64,000 nucleotides of DNA from Mantamonas sphyraenae STR306 (Eukaryota > Protista > CRuMs). The number at the start of each line of letters is the position of its first letter. Position 1 is the stretch's first letter. Shown here piece by piece: positions 22,540 to 33,918 of this stretch. The stretch lies in the NCBI GenBank assembly GCA_026936335.1, contig JAPMXV010000021.1:186001-250000 (forward strand), read 5' to 3'. Below the pieces are notes generated by a model. The model was not told the origin of the DNA. It saw nothing but the letters and a program-made list of their open reading frames with translations, and did not search any database. Position numbers and translations under genes: made by a program.

Positions 22540-24150
22540 ATGCTCCTCCACCGCACACGTGTCCTCCTATCACGCGATCCAAGTGCAAAGGCAAAGGCAT
22601 TGGCCGCTTCAGAGCTGCAGCGGGCTCATCGTGAAGCCCTGGAGCAGCTGGAGGCCCAAGAGGCCGCCGGGTTGGATCCCACCGAGAGTGGTCCGCTCGA
22701 AGACAAGAGCCGCAAATGGGCCCACCGCGGCGGCATGATCACAAACAAGTTTGTGGACCAGGTCATGTTGCGCGTGCGTGCTGGTAGAGGCGGCGACGGC
22801 GCGGTCAGCTTCCGCCGTGCCAAGTTTGTGCCACGCGGCCCAGCGGACGGAGGCGACGGCGGACGCGGCGGCAATGTCCTCGTCCATCCTCAGGATAACC
22901 TGAGCGATCTCTCACACATCAAATCCCTGTACAAAGCCACCAATGGCCTTCCTGGCGGCTCAGGAGGCATGGCTGGACAACGAGGCAAGGACGTCCTCAT
23001 CCCGGTTCCCGCCGGCACCGTCATAACCGCCTGGGACGTGTTTGAAGAGCACGACGAGGACCAAAACACACACGCATCCAACCACCCTCCGCCCAAACCG
23101 CCCAACATGCCCTCCTTTATCGACATGGCCGAACACGACGAAAACGACGGCGTAGACGACGCAGAAGGCAGCGAGGCTGAACAAGACGGTGGAATTGTTC
23201 ATACGCAGCAAACCGCGCCCTCTGCACGCATGGCCGCTCTCCAGGACATTGTTGCTGCACAGGAACCATGCCTTCAGGTCGACTTTCCTCCCGCCAAAGA
23301 TGCGGGTGGGAAAGCAAAACCCGGTGGCCCTCGCTACGTCCTTGTCGGAAAGGGTGGCAATGGCGGCTTTGGCAACGCCCGCTTCAAACACACCTCAAAG
23401 TCGCCACGCATGCGCATGCCCGGAAGACCCGGACAGGAGCGTGTCCTGCGCCTCGAGCTCAAAACCTTGGCCGATATCGGCCTCGTTGGCTTCCCAAACG
23501 CCGGCAAGAGTAGCTTCCTCCAGGCTGCCACGCGAGCACGCCCAAAGGTCGCCCCGTACCCGTTCACCACGCTCAGCCCGTCTGTGGGCACCGTCAATCT
23601 GCCCAATTACACGCAGATGACAATTGCCGACCTCCCGGGCCTCATCGACGGCGCACACCAAAACAAGGGGCTCGGCCACGTGTTTCTCCGCCATGTGGAA
23701 CGCACACAAATCCTTGCCTTTGTTCTCGACATGTCCCGCCAGCACATGGGCCTCTTTCGTGGCCAAGAGCGTCGCCAGAGCCTCTGGTTCGACAATGGCG
23801 ATTGGGAAGACGAAGGTCTCCAGAGCGCCTCTCTCGATCCTCGCAGCCCCTTTGAACAATTTCTCGCCTTGCGTGATGAGCTCCACGCCTACTCGCCCCA
23901 GCTCCTCCACAAGCGCTCCTTTGTCATTGCCAACAAGATGGACATCCCAAGCGCTCAGAAGCACCTGGACGAGTTTCTCGCTGCAAAGAACGACCTTCCT
24001 GAACTCAACGACCTCGTCGTGGCCAAAGTCAGCGCTGCCGACGGCATGGGTGTCGACGATGTCATTGCGTGGTGCTTCCAGGAGCTCCACGGCGAAGCCG
24101 AGGCCGTCAAATGGCGCATCCAGCCTGACCAAGACCAGTTCGTCATGTGA
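22540..24150 (+). CDS. MTG2: Obg-family GTPase, mitochondrial (MTG2/ObgE-like)
   Basis: FVDQ..RAGRGGDG, GPADGGDGGRGG, LELKTLADIGLVGFPNAGKSS, YPFTTL, DLPGLI, ANKMD; presequence-like MLLHRTRVLLSR. Confidence 0.93.
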   Translation: MLLHRTRVLLSRDPSAKAKALAASELQRAHREALEQLEAQEAAGLDPTESGPLEDKSRKWAHRGGMITNKFVDQVMLRVRAGRGGDGAVSFRRAKFVPRGPADGGDGGRGGNVLVHPQDNLSDLSHIKSLYKATNGLPGGSGGMAGQRGKDVLIPVPAGTVITAWDVFEEHDEDQNTHASNHPPPKPPNMPSFIDMAEHDENDGVDDAEGSEAEQDGGIVHTQQTAPSARMAALQDIVAAQEPCLQVDFPPAKDAGGKAKPGGPRYVLVGKGGNGGFGNARFKHTSKSPRMRMPGRPGQERVLRLELKTLADIGLVGFPNAGKSSFLQAATRARPKVAPYPFTTLSPSVGTVNLPNYTQMTIADLPGLIDGAHQNKGLGHVFLRHVERTQILAFVLDMSRQHMGLFRGQERRQSLWFDNGDWEDEGLQSASLDPRSPFEQFLALRDELHAYSPQLLHKRSFVIANKMDIPSAQKHLDEFLAAKNDLPELNDLVVAKVSAADGMGVDDVIAWCFQELHGEAEAVKWRIQPDQDQFVM

Positions 24151-24169
24151 ACCCTTCATGTCCAAGTTT

Positions 24170-25230
24170 CTATTGGATCACACACTTCTTGTCTTCCTTT
24201 TGGGCAAAGGCGCGCTGCTGGATGCGGTTCTTCTTTGCCTCCGGGTTCAGACGGTCCATCACCTCGAGCTCCTCCTCCCGCTCCTCCGGAAGCTGCAGCA
24301 ATCCCGAGTTCATGCCCGAGCTCACCTGGTGCAAGAACGTGTTCAGCGTGCGGATATCCACCGCCAGCTTGTCCACAGAGATCGACGCGGGTGTTCGCTG
24401 ACACTCCTCGCTCAGCGCCTCTGTCGCCTCCTCTAGGTTCTTTTGCAGAAACTCAAACAGCCGCTGCTCAGGCCCCTCCTTCAGATAGTACCCATAAATG
24501 TATGTGTACTTCAGGATGCGCCTGCAGTCGCGCAGCGTGCGGTACGCCGCGTTAATCAGCTCCGCTCGACGAAGGTCTCGCGCGCTGTAGTGGCCACTCT
24601 CAAACGCGGCCATCATGTTGGCCAGGTTGTTCTCCGACACAGGAATCATGCGCTCGGCATACTTTTTCTTGTCTTCGTGGTTGTTGAAGCGCGTCATGAA
24701 GTGGTTGTACCGCTCCAGCTCGGCCTGCAACTCGTCCTTCTCCGCCTGGTCAAAGTTGAAGCCCTTCCACTTGTGGCACTCGTAGTAGCCGCCCGTCAGC
24801 GAGCCATGGAACTTCCACTGGCCCATGCACACCCAGCAAAACTCGTGGTGGCACTTGCTGCACGTCATGTGGTTGCACCCTTCGTTCTTCTGGATGTTTG
24901 TGCGGCACTTGGGACACTTCTTTGTGTTCACCTTGAGCCACTTTGTGTTTTCGTTGTTGTCCACGTCTTTTTCCTTCCACTTGGACAATGTTTCGCAGTC
25001 CACCGGCGTGTGGTCCTCCTCGCCGCACGAAAAGCAAAACGCATACCCGCACTGGCATTGCACCATCCCCTTCTCCTTGCTACTCTGCGTCTTGCTCACT
25101 GCATGTCCGCATCCGGGCGCAGGGCACCACTGGATGTACTGGTTGTCGTCCACAAACGAGTTGACCAGATACCGAATGTACTTGTCAAACGGCGTCTCGG
25201 GCTTCAATGGTTCGCCGCTCGACGCCATGG

Positions 25231-25262
<32 letters not shown>

Positions 25263-26654
25263 CCACCCAAGTTGTCTTGGTTCCACATGAACTCGGGACG
25301 CACGTTGATGTTGCCCATGTTGCTGGTCAGCACCGAGTCCTGCAGCTGCGTCATGAAACCCAGGCTGTCGTCATTCAGCATGTGGCTACGCAGCGAACTT
25401 TCCATGTCCAAGCCCAGCATGCTCACTTGGTGCATCGAGTCACTGCGCCAGTCCCTCACTGCGTCCTGTAGAGTCGTCGCACGGTTGCGTGCCAGCGTCG
25501 CCTGCGGCACGAGTGTCGCCTGGAACTCGCTGTCTGTTTCGATGTCTGGGTGCTCCATCAGAAAGTTCATCGTCTCCTGCAGCTTGCCGTCGAAATTGTC
25601 GAGCACCTTGAGCACCGTCACCTCCTGCAGGTCGGGCAAGATGCTCTTCACCGCCACGTACGACTCTCGAGGCACACGTGCCCTCAGCTCCTCCGCCAAC
25701 TCCTCCAACGGATCTTTTTCCTTGCCCGTCACCTTTCCTTTGTCCTTGTCTGCCTTGTCGCTTCCCTCCTCGCCTTCCGCGGTGTCCGATTCCTCCACAG
25801 CCACCTCAGCCACTTCGTCCGTCTCTTCCGTTTCCGCCTGCACGGGTTCCGGAGGAGGCGGAGGCGCAAGGACCGCACGAAAGGCGCTTTCATCCACCAC
25901 ATTCTTACAGTCCTTGTTGTAGCACGTCGTAAAGATGCATCGCGGGCCCTCGTTGATCTTTTCTTCCAGATAGCCCTGCCAGCACTCACGGCACAACCTG
26001 TGGCCACAGCCAGTCAGCTTAAAGGTCTCGTCGTACGTGACGTCGTCCAGGCATACGGGGCACTCAAACTCTTCGTCCTCATCGTGCACAGACTCTTCAT
26101 CGTCATCTTTGGCCGGTTCCAGCGCGATCCCCGCTGCTTTGCACGTTTCCTCCTGGTCGCCGTAGAACCCGTCGTACAGGTGCTCCTTGACCCACCTGTG
26201 CACCACACACTGTGTCAGTCGTCTCTACACACGCCCTCTCACCCTCGCACTCGGTACGATCCACCCGCCTCGCTCAGCCGTGCAACACCGACCAGCCGTC
26301 GCCGCAAACGCAGAGGGAATTTGGCGTGGGAACTCACTGAAAGTGGCGTAGCAAGATAGCTGCCTGGGCCACAGACAGGCCTAGCACCTCGGACACTTCT
26401 TCCACCATTGCCCGTTGCTGCTCCACAAGATCTTCGGGTGTGAGCACTTGGTACGAGTCGCCCCCGGGGTTCAGAACCGTGTCCAGGTCGGCGTCGGCCA
26501 GTCGAACCGCTTCGTCCTCTTCGTCTGCACGAAGCACGGCTCCGCGCAGAACCTCTGCTTCTTCTTCCTCTGCATCGTCTCCTTCATACAGCGTCTCGTC
26601 AAACACAGAGTCTTCGCCGGCCTCCAGGTCGTCGTCGTACTCCAGATCGGACAT
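24170..26654 (-). CDS. Ariadne-family RBR E3 ubiquitin ligase with an insertion between RING1 and IBR. Exons 26654-26338, 26195-24170
   Basis: Acidic N-terminus, spliced LLRHFQWVKEHL, RING1 CPVC..CGH.LC..CW, IBR WCPAPGC..CQCGYAFCFSC..H.P..C, RING2 CPKC..IQKNEGCNHMTC..C..EFCWVC, Ariadne domain LERYNHF...RRILKYTY. Confidence 0.93.
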
Positions 26655-26715
26655 TTCGTGCGCGTTTTGCTTGGGTGGCGCCGAGATTGCCAAGGAATTC
26701 CGCTCGTTGCTGGTG

Positions 26716-29117
26716 ATGGACAAGTTCAATCCCAAGGATTTCAAGAACTTGTCGTTCACCCACCCAAAGCCCGTCAAGGAGGGCTTTGTTTCCAAAAATT
26801 CGGCTGGTCTGGGCGCCTCCAAGAGCCGCTATTTTGTCGCTCTCCGCGACGGCAATCTCTACTCGTTCCGGGCCAAGGAGGAACTCAACCCCACGGGCTT
26901 CATCCCGCTGGGCGAGTGCCGTCTCTCAATCCACTTTAAGGAACACCACCAGGGCATGCACTGCTTTGTGCTGTCCCGCTCCCACCACAAGAGCTACAGC
27001 GTCTACTGCGACTCTGAAGCCGAGTTGCGCAGCTGGCTTATCGCTCTCGCGTCTCTCGGCGCCAATGTGAGTTGACCCAGCGGTGTACAGTCGGTGCTTC
27101 ACATCCACAGCCAACCATGTGTGCATGGAACGCGTTCTCGTTGCTTCTAAACGTCTGCCCGCCCCAAACGTTCGCCGTCTCACGTTCTGTTGACACACTG
27201 GAAACGCCTCGCAGTTCATCCCGCTCAGTTTGGGAGCCCTTTCGTACCCGGACAAGCACGGCTATCTTCAAAAGACCGGAGGCTTCAAGAAACAGAAGAA
27301 CCAGAAGCGCTGGATGATCCTCAAGGACGCCAATTTGTTCTACTTTCTGGACAAGGACGTGAGTTTGTCTTTGCAGCACAATTTTGCTTGCCAGCCCTCT
27401 GCCGCACCCGCAACCGAGGCCCACGCCCGCACGGTCTGCGTGCAAACGTGCATGCGCACTTCAGTGTACATGGTTACATGTGTGCGGGCTTTCCCGTATG
27501 GGCTGTGTGCCCAAGAAGGGCTGCAGGACGCAGCTGCGGCGAGAGAGGGATCTCACCGATCAGGGCAATACCTCCGCGCGGCGCACACTCTCTTCTGACA
27601 CCCGCCACACGCACAATCTCTCTCTGGGCCCTTTCGTGGACACACAGGATGTCGTGCCCAGGGGCTACCTTCCCTTGAGTGAATCCTACATCTACGTGCC
27701 GAAGGACAAGAAGAAAAAGTTCTGCTTCACCGTCAGCACAGAGAAGAAGGCGTACTTCCTGTACGCATCCAGTTCTCAGGAGATGCAAGAGTGGATGGAT
27801 GCCATCAACACGTGCATTGCAAAGTACGAGAACCAGCCGCAGGGCAGCGTGGAGGAACAGGTCGACGCCTGCCTGCCACGCGACGAAGAAGACGTACGTC
27901 CCACGCAACACACACACACACCCTGTCTCTCTCGTTCCACCCTTTCCCGCAGCCACGCACATAGACTCACATATCACCATACACATTTCGCAGACGGTGC
28001 AAATTGCCAAGGAACATGCACAGGAAAGCCAGCGCAAGCAAAGCAGCTCCAGGTCAGCACGTCTGCGCAGGGGCACTGTGCTGGAAAAGACGTCGTCACT
28101 GCTGCACCTTCTCAAAGCCGACGACAGCCCGCGGCTTGGAGGGCGCCAGCGCGCCAGCACGGTATCACGCCGGGCCAGCCAACTGACCGCGGGTGACTCG
28201 GAGACAGACCTCAACGACTTTCAAACCATGCGCATCTTTGTTTCCTGGGCGCTTCGTTCCATCCTTTCCAGCACGTCGGAGCTGCCCGAAGTGCAGGAGG
28301 AGGAGCTCAAGGAGGCTGTCCACCCCGTGCTGGAAAACTTGAAGAACAAGGAGGACCGCTCGCTGGCGTACGACATGGAGGAGGAACTCAGCGACACCAA
28401 CAACGCAGACCAGTATGTGCTTCCGTTCAAACTGGCTGTCGACACGCAGGTGCCGCAGCTCGTCGAGACCGCCTTGGATGGCCTGCAGAAACTCACCATC
28501 AAAGGATTCCTGCGCGGCCAGGGACGCATGCCAGGCACCTCAAACGGGGACACCAGCACTGTCATCGACCATGTCATCGACTCCATCAGCAGTTGCATCG
28601 TCATGGAGGATGAGAATGTGCAGAAACTCATTGTCACGTGCCTTGCCTCGGCAATCGTCACTCCCAGCTGCAAAGTCCACGGCAAGTCTCTCCTGCTGGC
28701 CATGCAGTCCATACAGGCATTGTGTCTGCGTGGCATCACCCAAGAGGTTGTCGAACTGGCCGAGGAAGCTCTCATGCTCGTCGTCGAGGCGCAATTCAAC
28801 CAACTCGGGCCCCTCATGGGTCGCCTCAGCGTGGACGAGCTGCTCGACCTCAATCCTGACCAGTTGCTGCGTCTGGAAACCGAGGCCGACCGCGTCATGA
28901 TTGCTCGACGTGAGAGCAACCTCAACGAATCTGGGGCCAAGGCTGCTCTCGACGCCATGGACCAGGAGCAAAGCCAAGAGTCGGACAAAGGTTCGGGTGG
29001 CCAAAACGAGGACGAGGAGGACGAGGAGCAAGAGGAACAGGATGATGAGCACGATGAGGAGCAGGTTGAGCAGGAGGCCTCCCTTCGCGCAGAAGGTCAA
29101 GAGACGACGACGCCCGG

Positions 29118-29160
<43 letters not shown>

Positions 29161-32100
29161 GCAGAGTCAAGGGAAAGTCCCACCAAGCGAAACAGCACGT
29201 CCTCCGACTCGACGCACAATTCCAGCGACGAAGCGGTGGTGGACTTTGCGGAGGACGACTTTGAAAGCGTGCCGTCGATGAAGATCACACCAGCCAAGGG
29301 ACCCGTGCTGCGCCAACGCTCGGCAAGCACGCTGAGTCTGCTCAATCTCAAGTCGGACGCGCAGGAAGGCCGCCGGCTTAGCCGCAACGTGTCCTTGAAA
29401 GACCTCAATCTTCTGCAGCAGGCCGTGAAGCAGCACCACGCCGAGTCGCCTGTAAAGACGGGTGCCGGGTCGCGCACAGGCGAGAAGGGTGGGCCTGGTG
29501 GTGAAGGCAGGGAAGCAGACTCGGACGACACAAGCGAAGCAGACACGTCTTCCGACAAGGAAGAAGCTCAACAGTCGGGCGCAGGGTACTTGCACGTGCT
29601 CAGCTGGTCAGACATTGTCAAAGTGGGCAGCAACGATGTGGAGCGCGACTGTCTGCTCGTCCTGCAGTACATGGTGGACAAGGCGGCACAGCCCGTGCCG
29701 CGCGACAGCTCGGTTGAATCGCGCAAGGCTGGACGCAAGCTGCGTCAGATCAACCTCAAGTGCCTGGAACACCTGTTCAACTGGTGCTCCGCGGACATGC
29801 AGGCATCGGCAGCCCTGTGTGCGTACGTCAAGCGCGACGTCGTGCTCATGCTCCTGCACAACTGTGTCGGCTGCTCCGCACACGTGTTTGCTGCCACCAT
29901 GGCTGTGTTTAACGCCATGTCCCGCAACATGGCTACGCTCATGAAGCCGGAAATCGGGGTGTTTTACGAAAGCGTATTTCTGCGCATCCTCAACAGCAGC
30001 AAAACCTCGCGCCTGGACAAAATGCACGTGCTCAACAGCCTCACCACACTCGCCGAGGACGGCCAACAGCTCATTGACATGTTCCTCAACTACGACTGTG
30101 ACATCGATTCCCTTGATCTGTTTGCCGGATTTGTTACAGCCCTCAGCAAGAACGCAGTGGGCGAAGTCGGCTCGCCCGAGGCTGGAAGCACGCTCCTGGA
30201 AGGGCAGCTCAGTGAAGGGGAGGAGACCACACAGACATCTGCCTCGTCAGGCGACACAGCTGGCGCGTCGTCCTCCTCCTCGTCTTCAACACAGGCTGCC
30301 AACCGCAGCAGCGGCACCCCGCAGCAAACCGACGACTATCACGACACTGCAAAGCATGCCATGCGCGCTCTGGTACGCACCCTGCAGTCTCTTGTCGAAT
30401 GGGTCGAGGAGAAGCAGTTGGAAGAGAACGGGTACGAGTCCGACTCGGCCAGCGACACAGGCTCTGTGTACACCACCGACGACGACGACGATGACGATCG
30501 CATGGCGTCCATCGACGACGAAGAACTGGATGATTCTGACGACGAAGCCGACGACGATATCCCACCCCCGCCGCCGGAAGAGGACGAGACTGCTCAAGCC
30601 GACAGCATCGATGCATTCTCCACCGCAGATGGCGAGGAGTCGTCCAAAGCAGCAAATGACAACAGCGAGGGAAACAACAAAGAGAGCAATGCCGATGAAC
30701 ACAATGAGGGCAAGAGTGAGGGCACGGGCAAATCTCGCAAGAAGCGACAGCACAGCGGACTGAAAGCAATGTCGAGGCGGTCATTGAGCATGAACAAACG
30801 AGTACGCAGCAGGCTGGACAAGGACGTGGGCTCGTTGGACAAGCTGGCCAAGTTGAAGGAAGCCAAACTGACCATCGAAAAGGCGGTGAAGAAGTTCAAC
30901 ACGAAGCCCAAGGTGGGTGTACAGCTTCTGGTGGACGAAGGGATCATCGACATGCAGTCTGAAGACGTGGCGCTGTTCCTCACCACCGCCAAGGGCCTGA
31001 ACAAGGACATGGTGGGCGAATATTTGGGAGACCACCACGAGTTTAACATCGACGTCCTGCATGACTACGTGGACATGATGAACTTCCAGAACATGTCTCT
31101 GGACGAGGCAATCCGTGCGTTTGTACGTGGTTTCCGATTGCCGGGTGAGGCGCAAAAGATCGATCGCATCATGGAAACGTTCGCCGAGCGGTACCACGAG
31201 GACAACCCGGGCGAGTTTAGCAGTGAGGAGACAGCGTATGTGCTTGCGTTTTCCATCATCATGCTCAACACAGACCTGCACAATCCGCAGGTGAAGAACA
31301 AGATGACACTGGAGCAGTTCATTCGCAACAACCGAGGAATCGACGACGGCAAGGATCTGCCACCCGAACTGCTCTCGGAGATCTACCAGAGCATTAAGGA
31401 GAACGAGATTGTGATGAAGGACAAGGAAAAGAGCGAGGCGGAGGGCGGAGAGACGACCACGGCGACGTCTCAGGGGACGACAAGCACGACAAGCACCGCC
31501 ACGAGCGCAAACACGAGCGCGGGCACGGGCACGGGCGCAGGCGCGAGTGCGGACGCCACAACCACGGGATTGGGTGCGAGTCAAGGACACGCGGGAGCGA
31601 CCGGGATGGCACGCAAGCAGTTGACGATGATCCAGGCAGAACAGGCCAACATCTTGCGGCAAACAACAGACATGCTGCAGAACACACGCCAGATCCCTTC
31701 CGAGTTTTATACAGGGAAGCAGGTAAAGGTTGTGCGTAGTATCTTTGAACAGTGCTGGAGTGCCACGCTTCTGGCTGTGACCGGATACGGATCGGTGGAG
31801 AACGCAGAGCAGATGACGCTTCGGCTGGAAGTGTTCAAGTACGCCACCATCATTTCGTCGACTTTTTTCATGACGGACGAGCTCAATGTGTTCCTGAATG
31901 CGCTGGCCAAGTTTGTGTACGAACAGAACCAGCGAAGCGTGGGAGACGCCGAGGATGAGGAGCGCAAGAAGCTGAGTGCGCTGATCAGCGGGGCCCACAT
32001 GGACCAGGCATGGGTGGAAGAGTTGTTGGCAGAGACACAGGGAGGCAACGTGGAGTACCAGGCACTGGATAGGGTGCGCAAGCGCGTGGTCAAGGTGATC

Positions 32101-32805
32101 AACGAGGTCAACCAGAGCATGCTCAACAGGGAAAACTACAACAAGCTGTTTGATGTACAGAACCAATTTGTGGCAGACAAGGAGATCCGCAACCTGATCG
32201 AGGCACACAGGCAGTATGTGCGGGACGGTCCGCTGCTCAAGGTGTGCCGCAAGGGGACGAAGCCGAGGCACTTTTTCCTGTTCAACGACGCACTGATGTA
32301 CGCAGAGGAGATCCCGTCGCTGAGCACGCAAAAGTACGTTTTCCATCGCCTTCTGATGCTGGTAGACACGCGTGTGGTGGACATTGCAGACAAGGGCAAC
32401 CGTGTGAACGCGTTTCAAATTGTGAACCCGGAGAAGAGCTTCACAGTGATTGCAGCGAACGTGGAAGAGAAGCAAGAATGGCTGCAGAGCATCACAGAGC
32501 ATGTGGAAATGGCACAGAAGGAGCAAAGGCGCCGTAGCAGCACGGGGACGGGTTTGGGCAACGCAGCAGGATGGGAAGCGCCCGTGTGGGTGCCAGACGA
32601 CGACACGACGTCGTGCATGCTGTGCCACAGCAACTTTACTTTTATTCGACGACGCCACCACTGCCGCAAGTGTGGCCGATGTGTGTGCGGCACGTGCAGC
32701 GCAAAGCGCATCCGACTGCCCAACGAGAAGAAGAAGGCACGCGTATGCCTCACCTGCTACTATGACAACACCCAAGGGAAAAGCAAGGGCAAGGACAAGG
32801 CGTGA
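26716..32805 (+). CDS. Large Sec7 ArfGEF with architecture PH-PH-DCB-HUS-Sec7-PH-FYVE. Exons 26716-27066, 27215-27358, 27648-27893, 27994-32805
   Basis: Two N-terminal PH domains (KEGFVSK..RYFVAL..SWL; KHGYLQK..RWMIL..EWMDAI). DCB-like ETALDGLQKL, HUS box FLNYDCD, Sec7 FRLPGEAQKIDR and LAFSIIMLNTDLHN, C-terminal PH RHFFLFND, FYVE WVPD..RRHHCRKCG..RVC. All introns join in phase 0. Confidence 0.9.
29122..29160 (+). repeat. (AGC)n coding microsatellite (poly-Ser) in the ArfGEF
   Basis: AGC run read as SSSSSSSSSSSSS. Confidence 0.9.
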
Positions 32806-32856
32806 GGGAGGATGTGGTGTGGAATGACACCCAAGGAATGAAGAGCGGACTGACTT

Positions 32857-33822
32857 TCATTTCGACCGCGCGTTGCCAGCGACGCCGCTGCTGCTGCTGC
32901 TGCTGCTGCTGCTACTGCCTGACTGTGAGCCATGTGGTTGGAGGAAACGGAGGCAGGCATGATGCCAGGTGTCATCGAGCGATTGGGAGGCGACGAGGGG
33001 AGCGACGTTGAAACCGTCGCGCTGGACGCCTACTTCGGGCTGGGTGTCGAGGAGGAGGACAGCATTGCGACCTATCCGAGCATCGTGAGCGGCCTCGATG
33101 TCGCCTGCAATGCGCCAGACATGCCAGTGATGGCCCTTGGCCATAAACTGGTGCTGAACGCCGCAGCCGCAGCCTCCGTGGCGATCGGACGAGTCGAGTT
33201 CGCAAAGGGTGGTGTGGTTTGCAGGCTGTGCGTTGGCCCAGAAGAATTGGTTGAGGTAGTGAGGGTCAATGTGGTGCTTGAGAATGTCTGTGAGGTGCTG
33301 TTGAACGGTTTCCCCGTCAGGCAGCGGATCGTCGTGCTGTGAAACGACGCCAACAAATGGCGCGGGTGTCCGCGATTTGGGCGGGTGCGGGTAGAGGGAC
33401 AGGTCTGCATCGAGGAGGCGATGGATGAGCTGGCCGAGAGCTGGCAGGAGAGACTGTACAGGAGCGTGCTGGCCAAGGTCGATGAGGGCATCGAGGTTGA
33501 GGAGCACAAGGGAGAAGTGTGTGGGTTGTGGAAGGTGGTCGTCCCATGCTGGCGTTACAAGGACCTCGCGAGGCACAGAGCTGTTGCGGACGTTGTAACG
33601 CGAGTCACGAAGGAGTTTGGTGCTATCGGAAGCGACATTGCGGCGTCGGATGGTGTGTGTGTGCGTGGCTGCTGCTGTGGAGGAAGTGGAGCCGAGCCCA
33701 AGTCCCGGAGCTCGCTGAGGGGGCTGAGAACGCATCCAGAGGGCAGCCAAGGCGGCAGCAAGAAGGACAAGGATGACGATTACGGGTAGAATGACACCGA
33801 CGACGTGCTCTGAGTCGAGCAT
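32857..33822 (-). CDS. Hypothetical N-terminally membrane-anchored protein, possibly with a degenerate HAD-like fold
   Basis: TM segment VVGVILPVIVILVLLAAALAALW; LVLLNLDALID...VGVVS...K...VLLLD spacing resembles HAD motifs I-IV. Confidence 0.55.
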   Translation of the reverse strand: MLDSEHVVGVILPVIVILVLLAAALAALWMRSQPPQRAPGLGLGSTSSTAAATHTHTIRRRNVASDSTKLLRDSRYNVRNSSVPREVLVTPAWDDHLPQPTHFSLVLLNLDALIDLGQHAPVQSLLPALGQLIHRLLDADLSLYPHPPKSRTPAPFVGVVSQHDDPLPDGETVQQHLTDILKHHIDPHYLNQFFWANAQPANHTTLCELDSSDRHGGCGCGVQHQFMAKGHHWHVWRIAGDIEAAHDARIGRNAVLLLDTQPEVGVQRDGFNVAPLVASQSLDDTWHHACLRFLQPHGSQSGSSSSSSSSSSGVAGNARSK

Positions 33823-33918
33823 GGTCGGTGGTGGGATGGATGTAGTGCACGCAAGGGAGCGCCGCGCGACGGTGCCCAGCATAGGCGACATTGTCGAGAC
33901 GGAATTTGATCACGCACA

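Noticed and set aside
27426-27489. Hairpin in ArfGEF intron 2 (GCCCGCAC...GTGCGGGC)
   Set aside because: Short stems like this are expected by chance in GC- and TG-rich introns, and it is weaker than the RPS28 hairpin.
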